The position numbers were made by a program, and so were the translations under genes. The notes under the pieces were generated by a model that was not told the DNA's origin, did not search any database, and saw only the letters and a program-made list of their open reading frames with translations. A stretch of DNA of 64,000 bases from Candidatus Cloacimonadales bacterium (GTDB lineage Bacteria > Cloacimonadota > Cloacimonadia > Cloacimonadales > JAFGVF01). Within the stretch, counting starts at the first letter, position 1, and every line of letters starts with the position of its first letter. The stretch spans positions 384,001-448,000 of the forward strand of contig OY762964.1 in NCBI GenBank assembly GCA_963667035.1, written 5' to 3'. Positions 1 through 9,726 of the stretch are shown one piece after another.

Positions 1-253
1 TAATATCACCGTCTTCATTATAAGTATTTTCATACTTGTATTGCTGAGTTCCTGAATCAATAATCCCATTAAAGGAGATTGTGTAATCAACTAAATTGTC
101 ATCATCTGTGTAAAAATAATCAGTATATCTATTCTGTTGCCAGCCATTGCTATATTCGTAGCTAACTATCTTGTTGATTCTTGGGTCTCCATCAGTTGCT
201 ATCAATATCATAAATGATGAAAGTATTAAAAGTAATAATATAGTTTTTTTCAT
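1..253 (-). CDS. Secreted hypothetical protein, N-terminal part (runs off window edge)
   Basis: ATG at 253 preceded by GGAGG RBS; open frame MKKTILLLLILSSFMILIATDGDPRINK... with a signal-peptide-like start. Confidence 0.75.
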   Translation of the reverse strand, partial: MKKTILLLLILSSFMILIATDGDPRINKIVSYEYSNGWQQNRYTDYFYTDDDNLVDYTISFNGIIDSGTQQYKYENTYNEDGDI

Positions 254-418
254 TAAGCCTCCTTAGCAAAGATGTTTAAAACTATATTTGATTTGTAAAG
301 AAAAAAATATATATCAGTGAAATGTAGTTGAATTGTATCGGATATGAATAAACTTTTGGCTTGTCTCTACCTTTTTTGTTGACATCCAGGCATTAACTTT
401 TTTTTCTGCATATCAGAT

Positions 419-494
<76 letters not shown>

Positions 495-505
495 CCTTTT
501 AGAAT

Positions 506-534
506 AGGGCTAACAATGAGTTAGCCCTTTTTTT
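506..534 (+). terminator. Intrinsic terminator after tRNA-Lys
   Basis: AGGGCTAAC-AATGA-GTTAGCCCT followed by a T-run. Confidence 0.85.
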
Positions 535-894
535 GTGTTGAAAATACCCTATTTACAAGTGTTTATGACTCTTCTTACTTGTAAATTAGTTATACTATAC
601 ACTAATAATTGCAGAAGATAAAGAAAATCTAATCTGTTTACAAATTGGATAAAGTCATTATAGATGCCTTGTTTTATAACCTATAGATTAGCAATTGTTA
701 GGATATAGATATTCATAGCGAGTTTCGGAAATGCCACTTAAAAAGCAAGTATAGATGAAATGGGCATATGTGTCAGTAAACTTACTAATCTAAACATAAT
801 CAGTCACAAAGCCTATAATAGTTTACTTAGTATAATCATTGTTTAGTACCTAATATCCTAATAGTGCTATAAATAGTTATTTTCAACTCCGACT

Positions 895-1232
895 AAAAGA
901 AAACCTCCTAGAGCGGAGGTCAATTTCAACTTTTTGGCATTGAAATGGTCTATGTCCCAACAGGGGCATTTGTCGTAACCCCTCCTTATGCGGAGGTCAA
1001 TTTCAACCTCAAATTCAATCCAAGAGAACTCGGAATGGCTAGTGTGTCGTAACCCCTCCTTATGCGGAGGTCAATTTCAACATGAAATGGTAGAAGAATA
1101 TATTGGATACTTTGAATAATGTCGTAACCCCTCCTTATGCGGAGGTCAATTTCAACACTAGGCATGGCTGTAGTGATGTCTTGTCTCATACAGAAAGTCG
1201 TAACCCCTCCTTATGCGGAGGTCAATTTCAAC
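895..1232 (-). CRISPR. CRISPR array 1: 5 repeats (36 nt, GTTGAAATTGACCTCCGCATAAGGAGGGGTTACGAC; trailer degenerate), 4 spacers of 38-41 nt
   Basis: Repeats at 895 (degenerate), 972, 1046, 1121, 1197; leader on the high-coordinate side and degenerate trailer on the low side imply minus-strand transcription. Confidence 0.97.
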
Positions 1233-1518
1233 CGCTACCATTTTCAACCCTCTGATAATGCACGTTTAAAATCCCATTTCTGCGAGTCTCCAAAAAATGA
1301 CCTAAAAAAAACCATTTTTAGAGAGGTCTGCAGGATTTCGTGTAACTCATTGATTACCAACAAGATACAAAGAAAGACAATAAACATAGATAAATGCTTA
1401 TTATACAATAGCTTACACGAATAGTCGGAAATAGTTTGCTGTATTAAATATAAGCAAAAATCGATTCACCGAAAAATTAGGTAATCTGCGGTACAGGTTG
1501 CTATAACCTGCACTTTGC
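1233..1518 (-). promoter_or_regulatory. CRISPR leader 1
   Basis: Homologous to 14420-14708; first 28 bp next to the repeat identical; IHF-consensus-like AATCAATGAGTTA at 1343-1355 (minus strand). Confidence 0.8.
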
Positions 1519-1634
1519 ATGATTCTTAAAAAACTACTCAGCTTACAAACACATCTATCACACTTTCAATTAGCAATATACGATATATACTTAAATCATA
1601 AAAACAGTCAATATAAATCAGTTTTTCAGAGTGA

Positions 1635-1901
1635 TTATTCAACAAAAAAGAAAAGTTCCGGTAATTCTTCGCCAATCACTTTCGAGTTTTTAGTACAATT
1701 CTTACACAATCTGAAGATATGAACTATGCCATCATCTTTTCTAATTGTTTCAATATCTCTCCTGATATGTTTAATCTTATTAGGTGTAGCTTCAACCAAA
1801 AACAAAGACTTCTGAATTCTTAACCCTTTCTTTTCTAAGTAGTGAGCAAGCTTAGTTCTTATCTTGTCACATGTAATATCGTAAGCGATAATATATGTCA
1901 T
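1635..1901 (-). CDS. cas2: CRISPR-associated endonuclease Cas2
   Basis: 88 aa, YIIAYDI N-terminal motif, RIQKSLF; downstream of cas1. Confidence 0.95.
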   Translation of the reverse strand: MTYIIAYDITCDKIRTKLAHYLEKKGLRIQKSLFLVEATPNKIKHIRRDIETIRKDDGIVHIFRLCKNCTKNSKVIGEELPELFFFVE

Positions 1902-4465
1902 AAGAATCTATAAGCTTTAAACTTAACACCAAGCAATAGAGAATTTTTAAATGATCTGACCATCTTCTCAATCCATACTTCATAGGTATATGATTGATTT
2001 TTAACGCTAATCTCTCTCTTCATAGTTGACTCAAATGCTCTGATAAAAGTTCTGAAACCTACAGAGTCAAGTTTCAAATATGACGAACCATCTATACTAT
2101 AAAAATTACTCTTAGTTATCTGCTTCTTGTGAATCAATGAAAGAACTATTCTATCAATAAGAAAGCGGAAGCATTCCATTAAGTCAGAAGCCAGTGCTTC
2201 ATGCGTTCCTCTTCCCATGTGAAAGATTCCGTTAAAAGAGTTGATTCCGTTTGCAATTAGTGACTCAGAGAAACGCCTATAGAGTAGTGAATATCCAAGT
2301 GATAAAAGAACATTGACCGGACCAATTGGAGGATGGTAGGATCTTGATTCAAATGGCATGGGAGCTATTAAATCTCTAAAATGCTTGAAGTATGTCTTAG
2401 CGGCATAACCTTCCATACCTCGGATTGATTCTATTGAGTTAGACTGTTGAATCTTATTTAGCATGGAGCCTAGTTGCTTCTCATTAATCTTTAATCTTTT
2501 AAGTAGTCGATACTGGTTTACAATCTTTGTATAGGCAATTTCTCTAACAAAATCAAGTTTGAAATTTGAATAGTCATAAGAGTTACTAGCATTGAATAAC
2601 TCAGCGGTATTCGATATCTTGTTATGAGTTAGATATCCCCCCAAGGGTCTTCCATGAATAGAAAGAAAGTAGATAGGTATCTGCTCTCTTATAGCTCTGT
2701 AGATAATTCCTCCGCTTATGCGAGGTTTACCAAAGATAAGGATTCTGCTTATCTCCTTCCATGTATATTTTGTTGTAGATTCTTTTGATTCAACGAATAT
2801 ATAATTTCCCCTTGTGCTTGCATACTTAATCGAAAATGACAAATATAGCGGTTTGGAATTGCAGTTTGTCAGTTTAGAAAAATCAGACCAATCGGTATTT
2901 TCAATCGGTTTTCTCTCAGGAATGAAGATGGATGATTCAGAGATTCTGTAGCCTAGGAAGCTTAATTGTGATGCTTGGGTAAACTCCAAATACTTATCCT
3001 CGTTTATCTTCAATCCTAAGTGTGTTAGCATTTGCTTTATCTGATTCAATATTTCTTCTTTATTATCGGTTTTACCTACAATAACCATATCGTCAGCATA
3101 TCTGATAAGTTTTAAATCTTTCCTGTTTCTAAACCAACGGTCAAATGCTAGCATTGCAAAGTTAGATAGAAGAGGTGAAAGTGTATTACCTTGAATAAGT
3201 TTCTTGGAGAAATACTTAGCTATAAGTTCTATCTCTTCCTGAGCAACAGATTGTGCTTTAAGCATAAGAATAATTTTAGAGATTGATATAGAATCAAAAA
3301 ATGCACTTACATCAAGCTTCAGGCCCCATTTAAAACCTATATCAAACTCTTTTTTTACTGCAGAGGCAGCTAAATGATGAGAGTATCCCTTTCTATAAGC
3401 GAAGCAACTATATGTTAACAACCTTTGGAGTCTCTTGTCAAAGATGTCTGTGAGAATTGAAAGAACCAGTTTATCTATAATCCTATAAGAGGCAATGTTT
3501 CTATAGTTCCCGTTCTTCTTTTTTGCTCTGAACATATCCGGAGGTGAAGGATTGTAATCCGACATTACTATCTGATTGGATAGCTTTCTTAAATAATCGG
3601 GATGCTCTAAGAGTTCTGCACCTGTCATATCATTCCCGGACTCATTGCTTTCTACAAGCTCTTGCAATTTTGAGTGGAGATTGGAAAATGAGAATTTTGA
3701 GTGATGAAGAGTATTCATATCATATATCGGGTTAGGTAATTCTTCAACATAATAGAATCCGAACCCAAAAGTTCTATTCTTTCCAAGACCGGTAAATTGC
3801 CCCCAATGAAACAGTTTCAGTAACTCTTGAGAAAATGTTCCTCTTAGTACTATCCCTCCAATAATCCCACCAATTGTTTTTTTATACTCAATATCTAACC
3901 AGATGAAGGAGCTATTGCTCATACAGATTCCTGAAGTATCGGGAACAGAAAGTTCAAGAGCATTACTTAAGTGCTGTATGAATTCAGCTAAATCAAAGTG
4001 AAAAGGGTGAAAGAATCTTCCTTCTGATTTATCCATTCGTTTTAAACGTAGAGGAGCTTGAAAGATAAGTGTTATCTTCTTCAAGTTCTGAGTAGTAAGA
4101 TTTGAGTCTGCATGGGGTTGAAATTCAAAATAGTTCCAGTTCTCTAATACAATAGTTTCATTTAATACAAAATGATTGCCTCTAGTGATATAGTTCTTCT
4201 CATTAGTTTCAAACCATTTCAATAGTACTAATCTTCCTTCATTATTTGTTGCTATGTTGACCGGGACAATATCATTTTTCTTCAAAGTATCAGGAGATGG
4301 ATATGGAATAATGTTTATTTCCAGTTCTTTTGCAGAATTATCAGAGACTTTTCTAAGCTCGTTTCTAAATAAAGCACTCCAATGTATACCTGTATATATT
4401 GGCAAGTTAGTTATATCATTAATAACTTTGAATTGAATGTTGAACCAGTAACGATAGTACTTCAT
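1898..4465 (-). CDS. cas1: Cas6-reverse transcriptase-Cas1 fusion
   Basis: Cas6 G-rich loop GLGKNRTFGFG (~aa 225-235); RT motifs FAYRKG, LDVSAFFDSI, QGNTLSPLLSN, RYADD; Cas1 motifs RGMEGYAAKTYF, NVLLSLGY, GIFH, LASDLME. Confidence 0.93.
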   Translation of the reverse strand: MKYYRYWFNIQFKVINDITNLPIYTGIHWSALFRNELRKVSDNSAKELEINIIPYPSPDTLKKNDIVPVNIATNNEGRLVLLKWFETNEKNYITRGNHFVLNETIVLENWNYFEFQPHADSNLTTQNLKKITLIFQAPLRLKRMDKSEGRFFHPFHFDLAEFIQHLSNALELSVPDTSGICMSNSSFIWLDIEYKKTIGGIIGGIVLRGTFSQELLKLFHWGQFTGLGKNRTFGFGFYYVEELPNPIYDMNTLHHSKFSFSNLHSKLQELVESNESGNDMTGAELLEHPDYLRKLSNQIVMSDYNPSPPDMFRAKKKNGNYRNIASYRIIDKLVLSILTDIFDKRLQRLLTYSCFAYRKGYSHHLAASAVKKEFDIGFKWGLKLDVSAFFDSISISKIILMLKAQSVAQEEIELIAKYFSKKLIQGNTLSPLLSNFAMLAFDRWFRNRKDLKLIRYADDMVIVGKTDNKEEILNQIKQMLTHLGLKINEDKYLEFTQASQLSFLGYRISESSIFIPERKPIENTDWSDFSKLTNCNSKPLYLSFSIKYASTRGNYIFVESKESTTKYTWKEISRILIFGKPRISGGIIYRAIREQIPIYFLSIHGRPLGGYLTHNKISNTAELFNASNSYDYSNFKLDFVREIAYTKIVNQYRLLKRLKINEKQLGSMLNKIQQSNSIESIRGMEGYAAKTYFKHFRDLIAPMPFESRSYHPPIGPVNVLLSLGYSLLYRRFSESLIANGINSFNGIFHMGRGTHEALASDLMECFRFLIDRIVLSLIHKKQITKSNFYSIDGSSYLKLDSVGFRTFIRAFESTMKREISVKNQSYTYEVWIEKMVRSFKNSLLLGVKFKAYRFL

Positions 4466-6045
4466 TGCTTGGGAAATGGTGACAACTTCAATATTCTATC
4501 AATTAGTACTTCTTTAAGTATTGGTAGCCAATTGATAAAAGTAATATGCTTCATGCTTTCTATTTCGGAGATAATCAGTTTAATTGTTGAACTTTGTTCT
4601 TCTATCTTGTTAGTACCGTGATTCAAATTAATGCCTAGACATTCTTCTATAGTTCCTAAGTTTATTGGCTTTCCTTGATGAATAAAATCATTACGTTCTA
4701 ATGAAAGTCTTTTAATCTTATCCATAATGGACATTATTGAATCAAAATTTACGCCTTCTTTTATCCCTTGGCTAATAATCATGTTATAACTTATCCAATT
4801 GGTTTTATAATAAGTTTGTTCATCTGCAGTTTTCCTATCATTAGTAACTGTCACTTTTAAAAAATAAGGTAGCTCTACTTTAAAGGGGATATGTCTCAAG
4901 TCGAAGAAGAACTTCTTAGGTTTATTTCTATCAGCCTGTATAAAAACAACGGATTTAGAACCAATAGTTTTAATCTTATCCATTATCAGTAACTCACCTG
5001 TAGAAATAAGGGTAGTACTCATACCCCACCAATTTCCTTTTCTTGATTCCTGAATTGATCTCAACAAGTTACAACCGACAGCATTTTTAGAATCAAGCAT
5101 CTCATTCATTGTTATCAATCGTGTAATCAGATTACTATTCTTATGTTCTTTCTTGTAAACATCGATTAATTTCTCTGTTTCCTTTTTATCTCTATACAAC
5201 CATGATACCGCAATCTCCAGTAATCTGAAAGCATGAATGTCAAGTCTCTTCAGTTTAAGCTCATTAGCAATACTAATAGCACCTAAGAAGTCATAATCTT
5301 TAACTCTTTGTAACAGTGCAAATTTAAGGGTATATTTATTTTGAATATCCTTTTTCCGGCTGATTCTTATCCTACCCTTAGATTGTTCCATTAAACAATT
5401 TCTGTTTGGGAAGTAAGCATTGATAGCAGTATCTAGAGCATTAGAGATTCTTGGCATTCCTCCGGAACTGAAGACTTGAACAGATGAGATATTTCCATTA
5501 TCTTGCTTCAAAATATCCTGCATGAAAGAGTCTATTTGTCTATATGCAAATTCGTCTGTTATATCTGCATTTCTTGCATTACAATCTTTACAAAGATTAA
5601 TAACACTTATATCATTTATATACTTTTCATAATGATTCATCATCTCATCTATAAATGATTTGATAATGCTTGAGTATAAATATGGTTCTTTTTCTAGAAA
5701 CCCTTTTAGATGAATAGATAGATTCTCTTTACTTATATGACTTCTATCAGTAGTTAGCAAAACAAGCTTGTATTCTTCTTCATTACTAAGAGATTGCAAC
5801 ATAGCTTCTGTCAAAGGGAATGTAAGACACTTATCACTTTCTATAAAGTCCTTAAGTGTTTGTTCTTGTTCTCCTTCTTTTCCAAACATAGGATTCCAGT
5901 TTAGCTCTTTCTTTTTTAATGCACATGATAGCTCACTTTGAACTTCATTAAGTGAAGTTTTATTAAAGCTGTCATAGTTATAATTTCTTCCGGATACATA
6001 TAATTGAACATCTCTCTGTCCTATGGTTTGTATCAACAGAATCAT
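4462..6045 (-). CDS. Csm6-like CARF-HEPN ancillary ribonuclease (putative)
   Basis: N-terminal LIQTIGQRD and SSGGMP CARF-like motifs, YDFLGA helical segment, C-terminal RNDFIH (R-X4-H HEPN); lies within the cas operon. Confidence 0.7.
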   Translation of the reverse strand: MILLIQTIGQRDVQLYVSGRNYNYDSFNKTSLNEVQSELSCALKKKELNWNPMFGKEGEQEQTLKDFIESDKCLTFPLTEAMLQSLSNEEEYKLVLLTTDRSHISKENLSIHLKGFLEKEPYLYSSIIKSFIDEMMNHYEKYINDISVINLCKDCNARNADITDEFAYRQIDSFMQDILKQDNGNISSVQVFSSGGMPRISNALDTAINAYFPNRNCLMEQSKGRIRISRKKDIQNKYTLKFALLQRVKDYDFLGAISIANELKLKRLDIHAFRLLEIAVSWLYRDKKETEKLIDVYKKEHKNSNLITRLITMNEMLDSKNAVGCNLLRSIQESRKGNWWGMSTTLISTGELLIMDKIKTIGSKSVVFIQADRNKPKKFFFDLRHIPFKVELPYFLKVTVTNDRKTADEQTYYKTNWISYNMIISQGIKEGVNFDSIMSIMDKIKRLSLERNDFIHQGKPINLGTIEECLGINLNHGTNKIEEQSSTIKLIISEIESMKHITFINWLPILKEVLIDRILKLSPFPKQ

Positions 6046-6121
6046 ATATATTTCCTCAATTAAAGTTTAACTATGATTAACGAGTCCATTTAAGAAGCTA
6101 TTATGACTATTTGAGATTGTT

Positions 6122-8026
6122 TTATTCACAATACTCTTGCCTTCTTAACTTAGCATAATCCCCACGAATTTTTGCATGCCAACTCATTATTTGCCCATTC
6201 TCTTTTGGATAAGAACCTGTTTGAGATACAATTTTGAAATATTTCCCTATTGACTCTATAAAAGTTTGTTGCATTTTTTTATAATTAATTCTTAAGTCTT
6301 CGTTGAAACTTTTATAGTCTTCATTATTGATAAAACCATTATCAACAAAGAATTTTACTGTACCTAAACCTTTGTTTTTAGCATAACCTATCTGATGAGC
6401 ATATTTAGCTTCCTCAAATTTTTCTTCTCCATCAAGCTCTAGTGCAAGTTTAAGTAGTAAGTATTCATTTATAGTTAGGTTATTAAAGTTTACTCTAAAC
6501 TTGAAATGTATCGGTTTGTTGGGAGAGGCTTCTATAGCCTCATGCATTATCACACTATAATCTATCGGATTGCTTAGTGAAGGAGCAGGGTTTGTAGTTC
6601 TCTTGAACACTTTTCTTCCGGAGAGTCTTGTACATCCATTTCTGTTTAACGGTTCACCATAAGTAACAACTTTATTTCTATTGTTTTGTTGAAGATAAAA
6701 TTCATAAGATGATGGTTTCGGAGAACCTGTTCTAGGTAGAATAATATCTGTGGTTTTTAGATCCTGATCACAAATAGCGAAGTTAAAATGAACTTTACCG
6801 GACTTACTGTTATTATCAACCGAGTAACCAAACATTTCATCTACAATTGATTTCCCATCATCTACTTTGATATCATCAGGGAAATCTTGGGAGTTTATTT
6901 CTTTGTCAAATGCCCATGGATAGTAGAATGTTTTACCAAAAGTCTTTACATGTATAAGAGTTTTTTCAATAAACTCCTCTGAGTTTTCCCTAAGAACTCG
7001 TTTACTGCTCTCTGTATACTCGTAGAAGATTACGTCTCCTTGTTTTAGCTTAATCATAGCATCCCAGTTCTTTTTTATTTCTTTCTCATGTACATTAACA
7101 TCAAGAGGATGATCCTCTAGATGATATTTTTTAAGAGTTAAGAATGTGCTCTCGTACCCATTTTTAGTTTCTTTGTTTATCGAATGTTGGTTACCCGTTA
7201 TTCTGAAGTATTGTTTTGGAATATAGATACAGTCATGGTTCCCTGTATGTATATTACCGTTAAATAATCTTGCAAAGGTTCCATTACCATCTAGACCATT
7301 TGAATACTTGAGACAGTAAAGAGTAGTTTCTTGAGCATTGTCATCATAGTTACGTATTCTCCAACGTCCTTGTTGATTATGAAGCCTATGATTGTAAGGA
7401 TTCAAGTTAAGTCTATTATTATGTATCGTAGTGTAATTCTCATAGTCTTGCTTAGTAGAGTATATGACAGGGACATCCTTCAATGAACCAAAATGCGAAA
7501 AAGTAAGAGAATTATCATGTGTGAATAGTACTATCCCTATTCCCATTTTAACAGAATCTGATGGACGAAAATTCAAGTTAGGTCTCATGATAAATCCTTT
7601 ACTGTTAACTCTTCTCATTTTCGTGTTAGTATATGAAGCAATAAATGAGCTGATGCAACCTTTAAGGGTGTAAGGAGAAATGAGTATTCTATCGTTAACT
7701 TTGAGGGGATATATGTGTGTTGAATTACTCTCCCCATCAGAATGTTCATTTCCGACTAATAATTGGTTCAAAGCATACATTGAACAGTTTAGATAACCGG
7801 TATATAGTTTATTTCCATCCATCTCTGTTGTATTAAACTTAGCTTGTTTGATATCTTCGTGGTTCTGATTATTCTTAATCGGAATAAATGTATATGGTAA
7901 TCTGTCTCTATTGAATCTAATTCTGTTTTCCAGCTCAGTAGGATTAACATCAGTTGTATTGTTATGATTACGGTTTCCACGGTTGTAGTTTTGGTCATGG
8001 TTATGATGTTCACTTCTGTTGTTCAT
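6122..8026 (-). CDS. cas7: Type III-D Cas7 with large insertion (TIGR03986-like RAMP)
   Basis: PYTFIP, PYTLKG, MFGY, SGKVHF, SPKPS-YEFYLQQ, SGRK, IGYAKNKGLG motifs. Confidence 0.85.
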   Translation of the reverse strand: MNNRSEHHNHDQNYNRGNRNHNNTTDVNPTELENRIRFNRDRLPYTFIPIKNNQNHEDIKQAKFNTTEMDGNKLYTGYLNCSMYALNQLLVGNEHSDGESNSTHIYPLKVNDRILISPYTLKGCISSFIASYTNTKMRRVNSKGFIMRPNLNFRPSDSVKMGIGIVLFTHDNSLTFSHFGSLKDVPVIYSTKQDYENYTTIHNNRLNLNPYNHRLHNQQGRWRIRNYDDNAQETTLYCLKYSNGLDGNGTFARLFNGNIHTGNHDCIYIPKQYFRITGNQHSINKETKNGYESTFLTLKKYHLEDHPLDVNVHEKEIKKNWDAMIKLKQGDVIFYEYTESSKRVLRENSEEFIEKTLIHVKTFGKTFYYPWAFDKEINSQDFPDDIKVDDGKSIVDEMFGYSVDNNSKSGKVHFNFAICDQDLKTTDIILPRTGSPKPSSYEFYLQQNNRNKVVTYGEPLNRNGCTRLSGRKVFKRTTNPAPSLSNPIDYSVIMHEAIEASPNKPIHFKFRVNFNNLTINEYLLLKLALELDGEEKFEEAKYAHQIGYAKNKGLGTVKFFVDNGFINNEDYKSFNEDLRINYKKMQQTFIESIGKYFKIVSQTGSYPKENGQIMSWHAKIRGDYAKLRRQEYCE

Positions 8027-8516
8027 GGTACAACCTCCATTCGTCTTTATCTCTTAATACTAATATGTCATTCGAATCCAAATTTTCAGGAATAGCTCCA
8101 ATGTCTTGAGCAAAAGAGAATCGATAATTTCTGTTTGCAGATTTTGAATCCAAAACTTTACTCTTCCCTTCTTTCTTTGAATGTAGTATTTCAAATTCAA
8201 ATTTTTCTGCTTTATCCCTGCTTATTTCAGATAGATGATAAACATAGTCTTTGCAAGAGCTATCTGTTGCAATAAATAGGAATTGTACATCATTGTTAAA
8301 AAATACTAATCTGATACAATCAGAGTAGCTTTCAAATGAATCATAATTGATTTCTTTATGTAGAAATATACCTGTATTGCCTTTCTTAGCTTTTCCCTTC
8401 TCTTTCTCAAGGACTATGTTAGCAAGACATATTGTCCATCTTCTTTCTCCTACAACCCAAAGGTTTCGGTACTTGTTCACTAGATCCTTTATCTCTTCAA
8501 ATCTAACGATATTCAT
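8010..8516 (-). CDS. csx19: Csx19-like type III-D subunit
   Basis: ~168 aa from ATG 8516 (GAGGAGG RBS); canonical position between cas7-cas7 and cas7-insertion; assignment mainly positional. Confidence 0.6.
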   Translation of the reverse strand: MNIVRFEEIKDLVNKYRNLWVVGERRWTICLANIVLEKEKGKAKKGNTGIFLHKEINYDSFESYSDCIRLVFFNNDVQFLFIATDSSCKDYVYHLSEISRDKAEKFEFEILHSKKEGKSKVLDSKSANRNYRFSFAQDIGAIPENLDSNDILVLRDKDEWRLYHEQQK

Positions 8517-9726
8517 TGTCACCCTCCTCAATGCTGATATTTGGATAACAGCCATTTGCCCCTAGTGATATAAGTCTTTTATTACAACCTTCACTAATGA
8601 AATTCATTAGATCTCTAGCATCTATATCACACGGAATTCTTATCAAACCCATAGCATTAGCATGAAACAGTCGTTCTTCATTAAATTTCCCACTCCCATA
8701 AACAGCTCTGGTAAATTCATCTTCCGCATGACGTTCAATATTGATTAAGTGCTTTCTTATATCATCGTGATTTACGTTTACCATTAAATCGGGAAAGTAG
8801 ACATTCCCATGATTTGCTCCATCTTGCCCAAAGAATTCTTTCAACCATTTACTATATCCATACTTCTCCAAGTACATTGAGAATGTACCTTTTAAAGATG
8901 AACCCGGTATGTAGAGGTGTTTTCCTGTATTAACAAAAATCCCGGTAGAAGGATTATCAGCGAGACTACTATGACTAACACCACCCTTTATTAGAAGGGC
9001 ATTGGTTCCATATCCATCTTCTTCATCATCTACTGATACAACTATTTCCCAAGTATTATAACGTTTTTTTGCTTGATGATTCAGAGGTACATCAATTGAT
9101 TCTAAAGGATTTCCATCCAGATAATCACGATAGTTTTCTTTGGATATGCAAGTTTTTGTAGCTTTCTCTAATCTGCAAAAACCGTTACCGGATGTACTAT
9201 GACCTCCAAAGAAAGCTCCTTCCTTTTCCCAAGAAGTTAATACTGTTTCTACCCATCTAGTAAATGACTCAATACTCTGTTTCTTGTTCTTGAGAGAAAG
9301 ATTGTCGATTGTTATCGAGATATCGAAATCTACATTTTCAGGTTCTATTTCCCAATAGCTGAAAAGTTGTTTTTGCTCAGCCGTTTTTGTCTCTCTATTA
9401 ATTTTAACTCGATTTCTTATCATAGCGTTCGAATTGTATTGCATTAAGGATACAGTTCTAAAGATTAATGGTGATGCGTATTCTTCTTCATCTTCGGATT
9501 TAAAAAGCTTATTCCAAAGTGTTGTTTCATCTTTCGTAGGAGTAACGACATTCTTAAGAGTATCAAAGAAAACACCTGAGATAGAAGTTCCCGGTATAAC
9601 TAATTCCCCCAAACCATTCCTTATGATTTCGAAGGCACCAATAGGAGATTTCTGCCCACAACCTATATGAAGAGCAGATTTTAACTTAATCTTTGCATTA
9701 TAAATAATTTTAATCGGATTACACAT
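8503..9726 (-). CDS. cas7: Cas7-Cas7 double RAMP fusion
   Basis: Two RAMP units: LHIGCG...IPGTSISG...GGHSTSGNG and IKGG...IPGSSLKG...SLGANG; start refined to ATG 9726. Confidence 0.85.
   Translation of the reverse strand: MCNPIKIIYNAKIKLKSALHIGCGQKSPIGAFEIIRNGLGELVIPGTSISGVFFDTLKNVVTPTKDETTLWNKLFKSEDEEEYASPLIFRTVSLMQYNSNAMIRNRVKINRETKTAEQKQLFSYWEIEPENVDFDISITIDNLSLKNKKQSIESFTRWVETVLTSWEKEGAFFGGHSTSGNGFCRLEKATKTCISKENYRDYLDGNPLESIDVPLNHQAKKRYNTWEIVVSVDDEEDGYGTNALLIKGGVSHSSLADNPSTGIFVNTGKHLYIPGSSLKGTFSMYLEKYGYSKWLKEFFGQDGANHGNVYFPDLMVNVNHDDIRKHLINIERHAEDEFTRAVYGSGKFNEERLFHANAMGLIRIPCDIDARDLMNFISEGCNKRLISLGANGCYPNISIEEGDNEYR

Noticed and set aside
1009..1021. 13-nt spacer match TCAAATTCAATCC at ~13607
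   Set aside because: Too short to be meaningful in an AT-rich window.
986..1424. ORFs 986-1189 and 1137-1424
   Set aside because: They are translations of CRISPR repeats, spacers and leader, not genes.
1898..4465. RT as a DGR, retron or group II intron
   Set aside because: The RT is fused in frame between Cas6 and Cas1; no TR/VR pair with adenine-specific differences, msr-msd or intron structure was seen.
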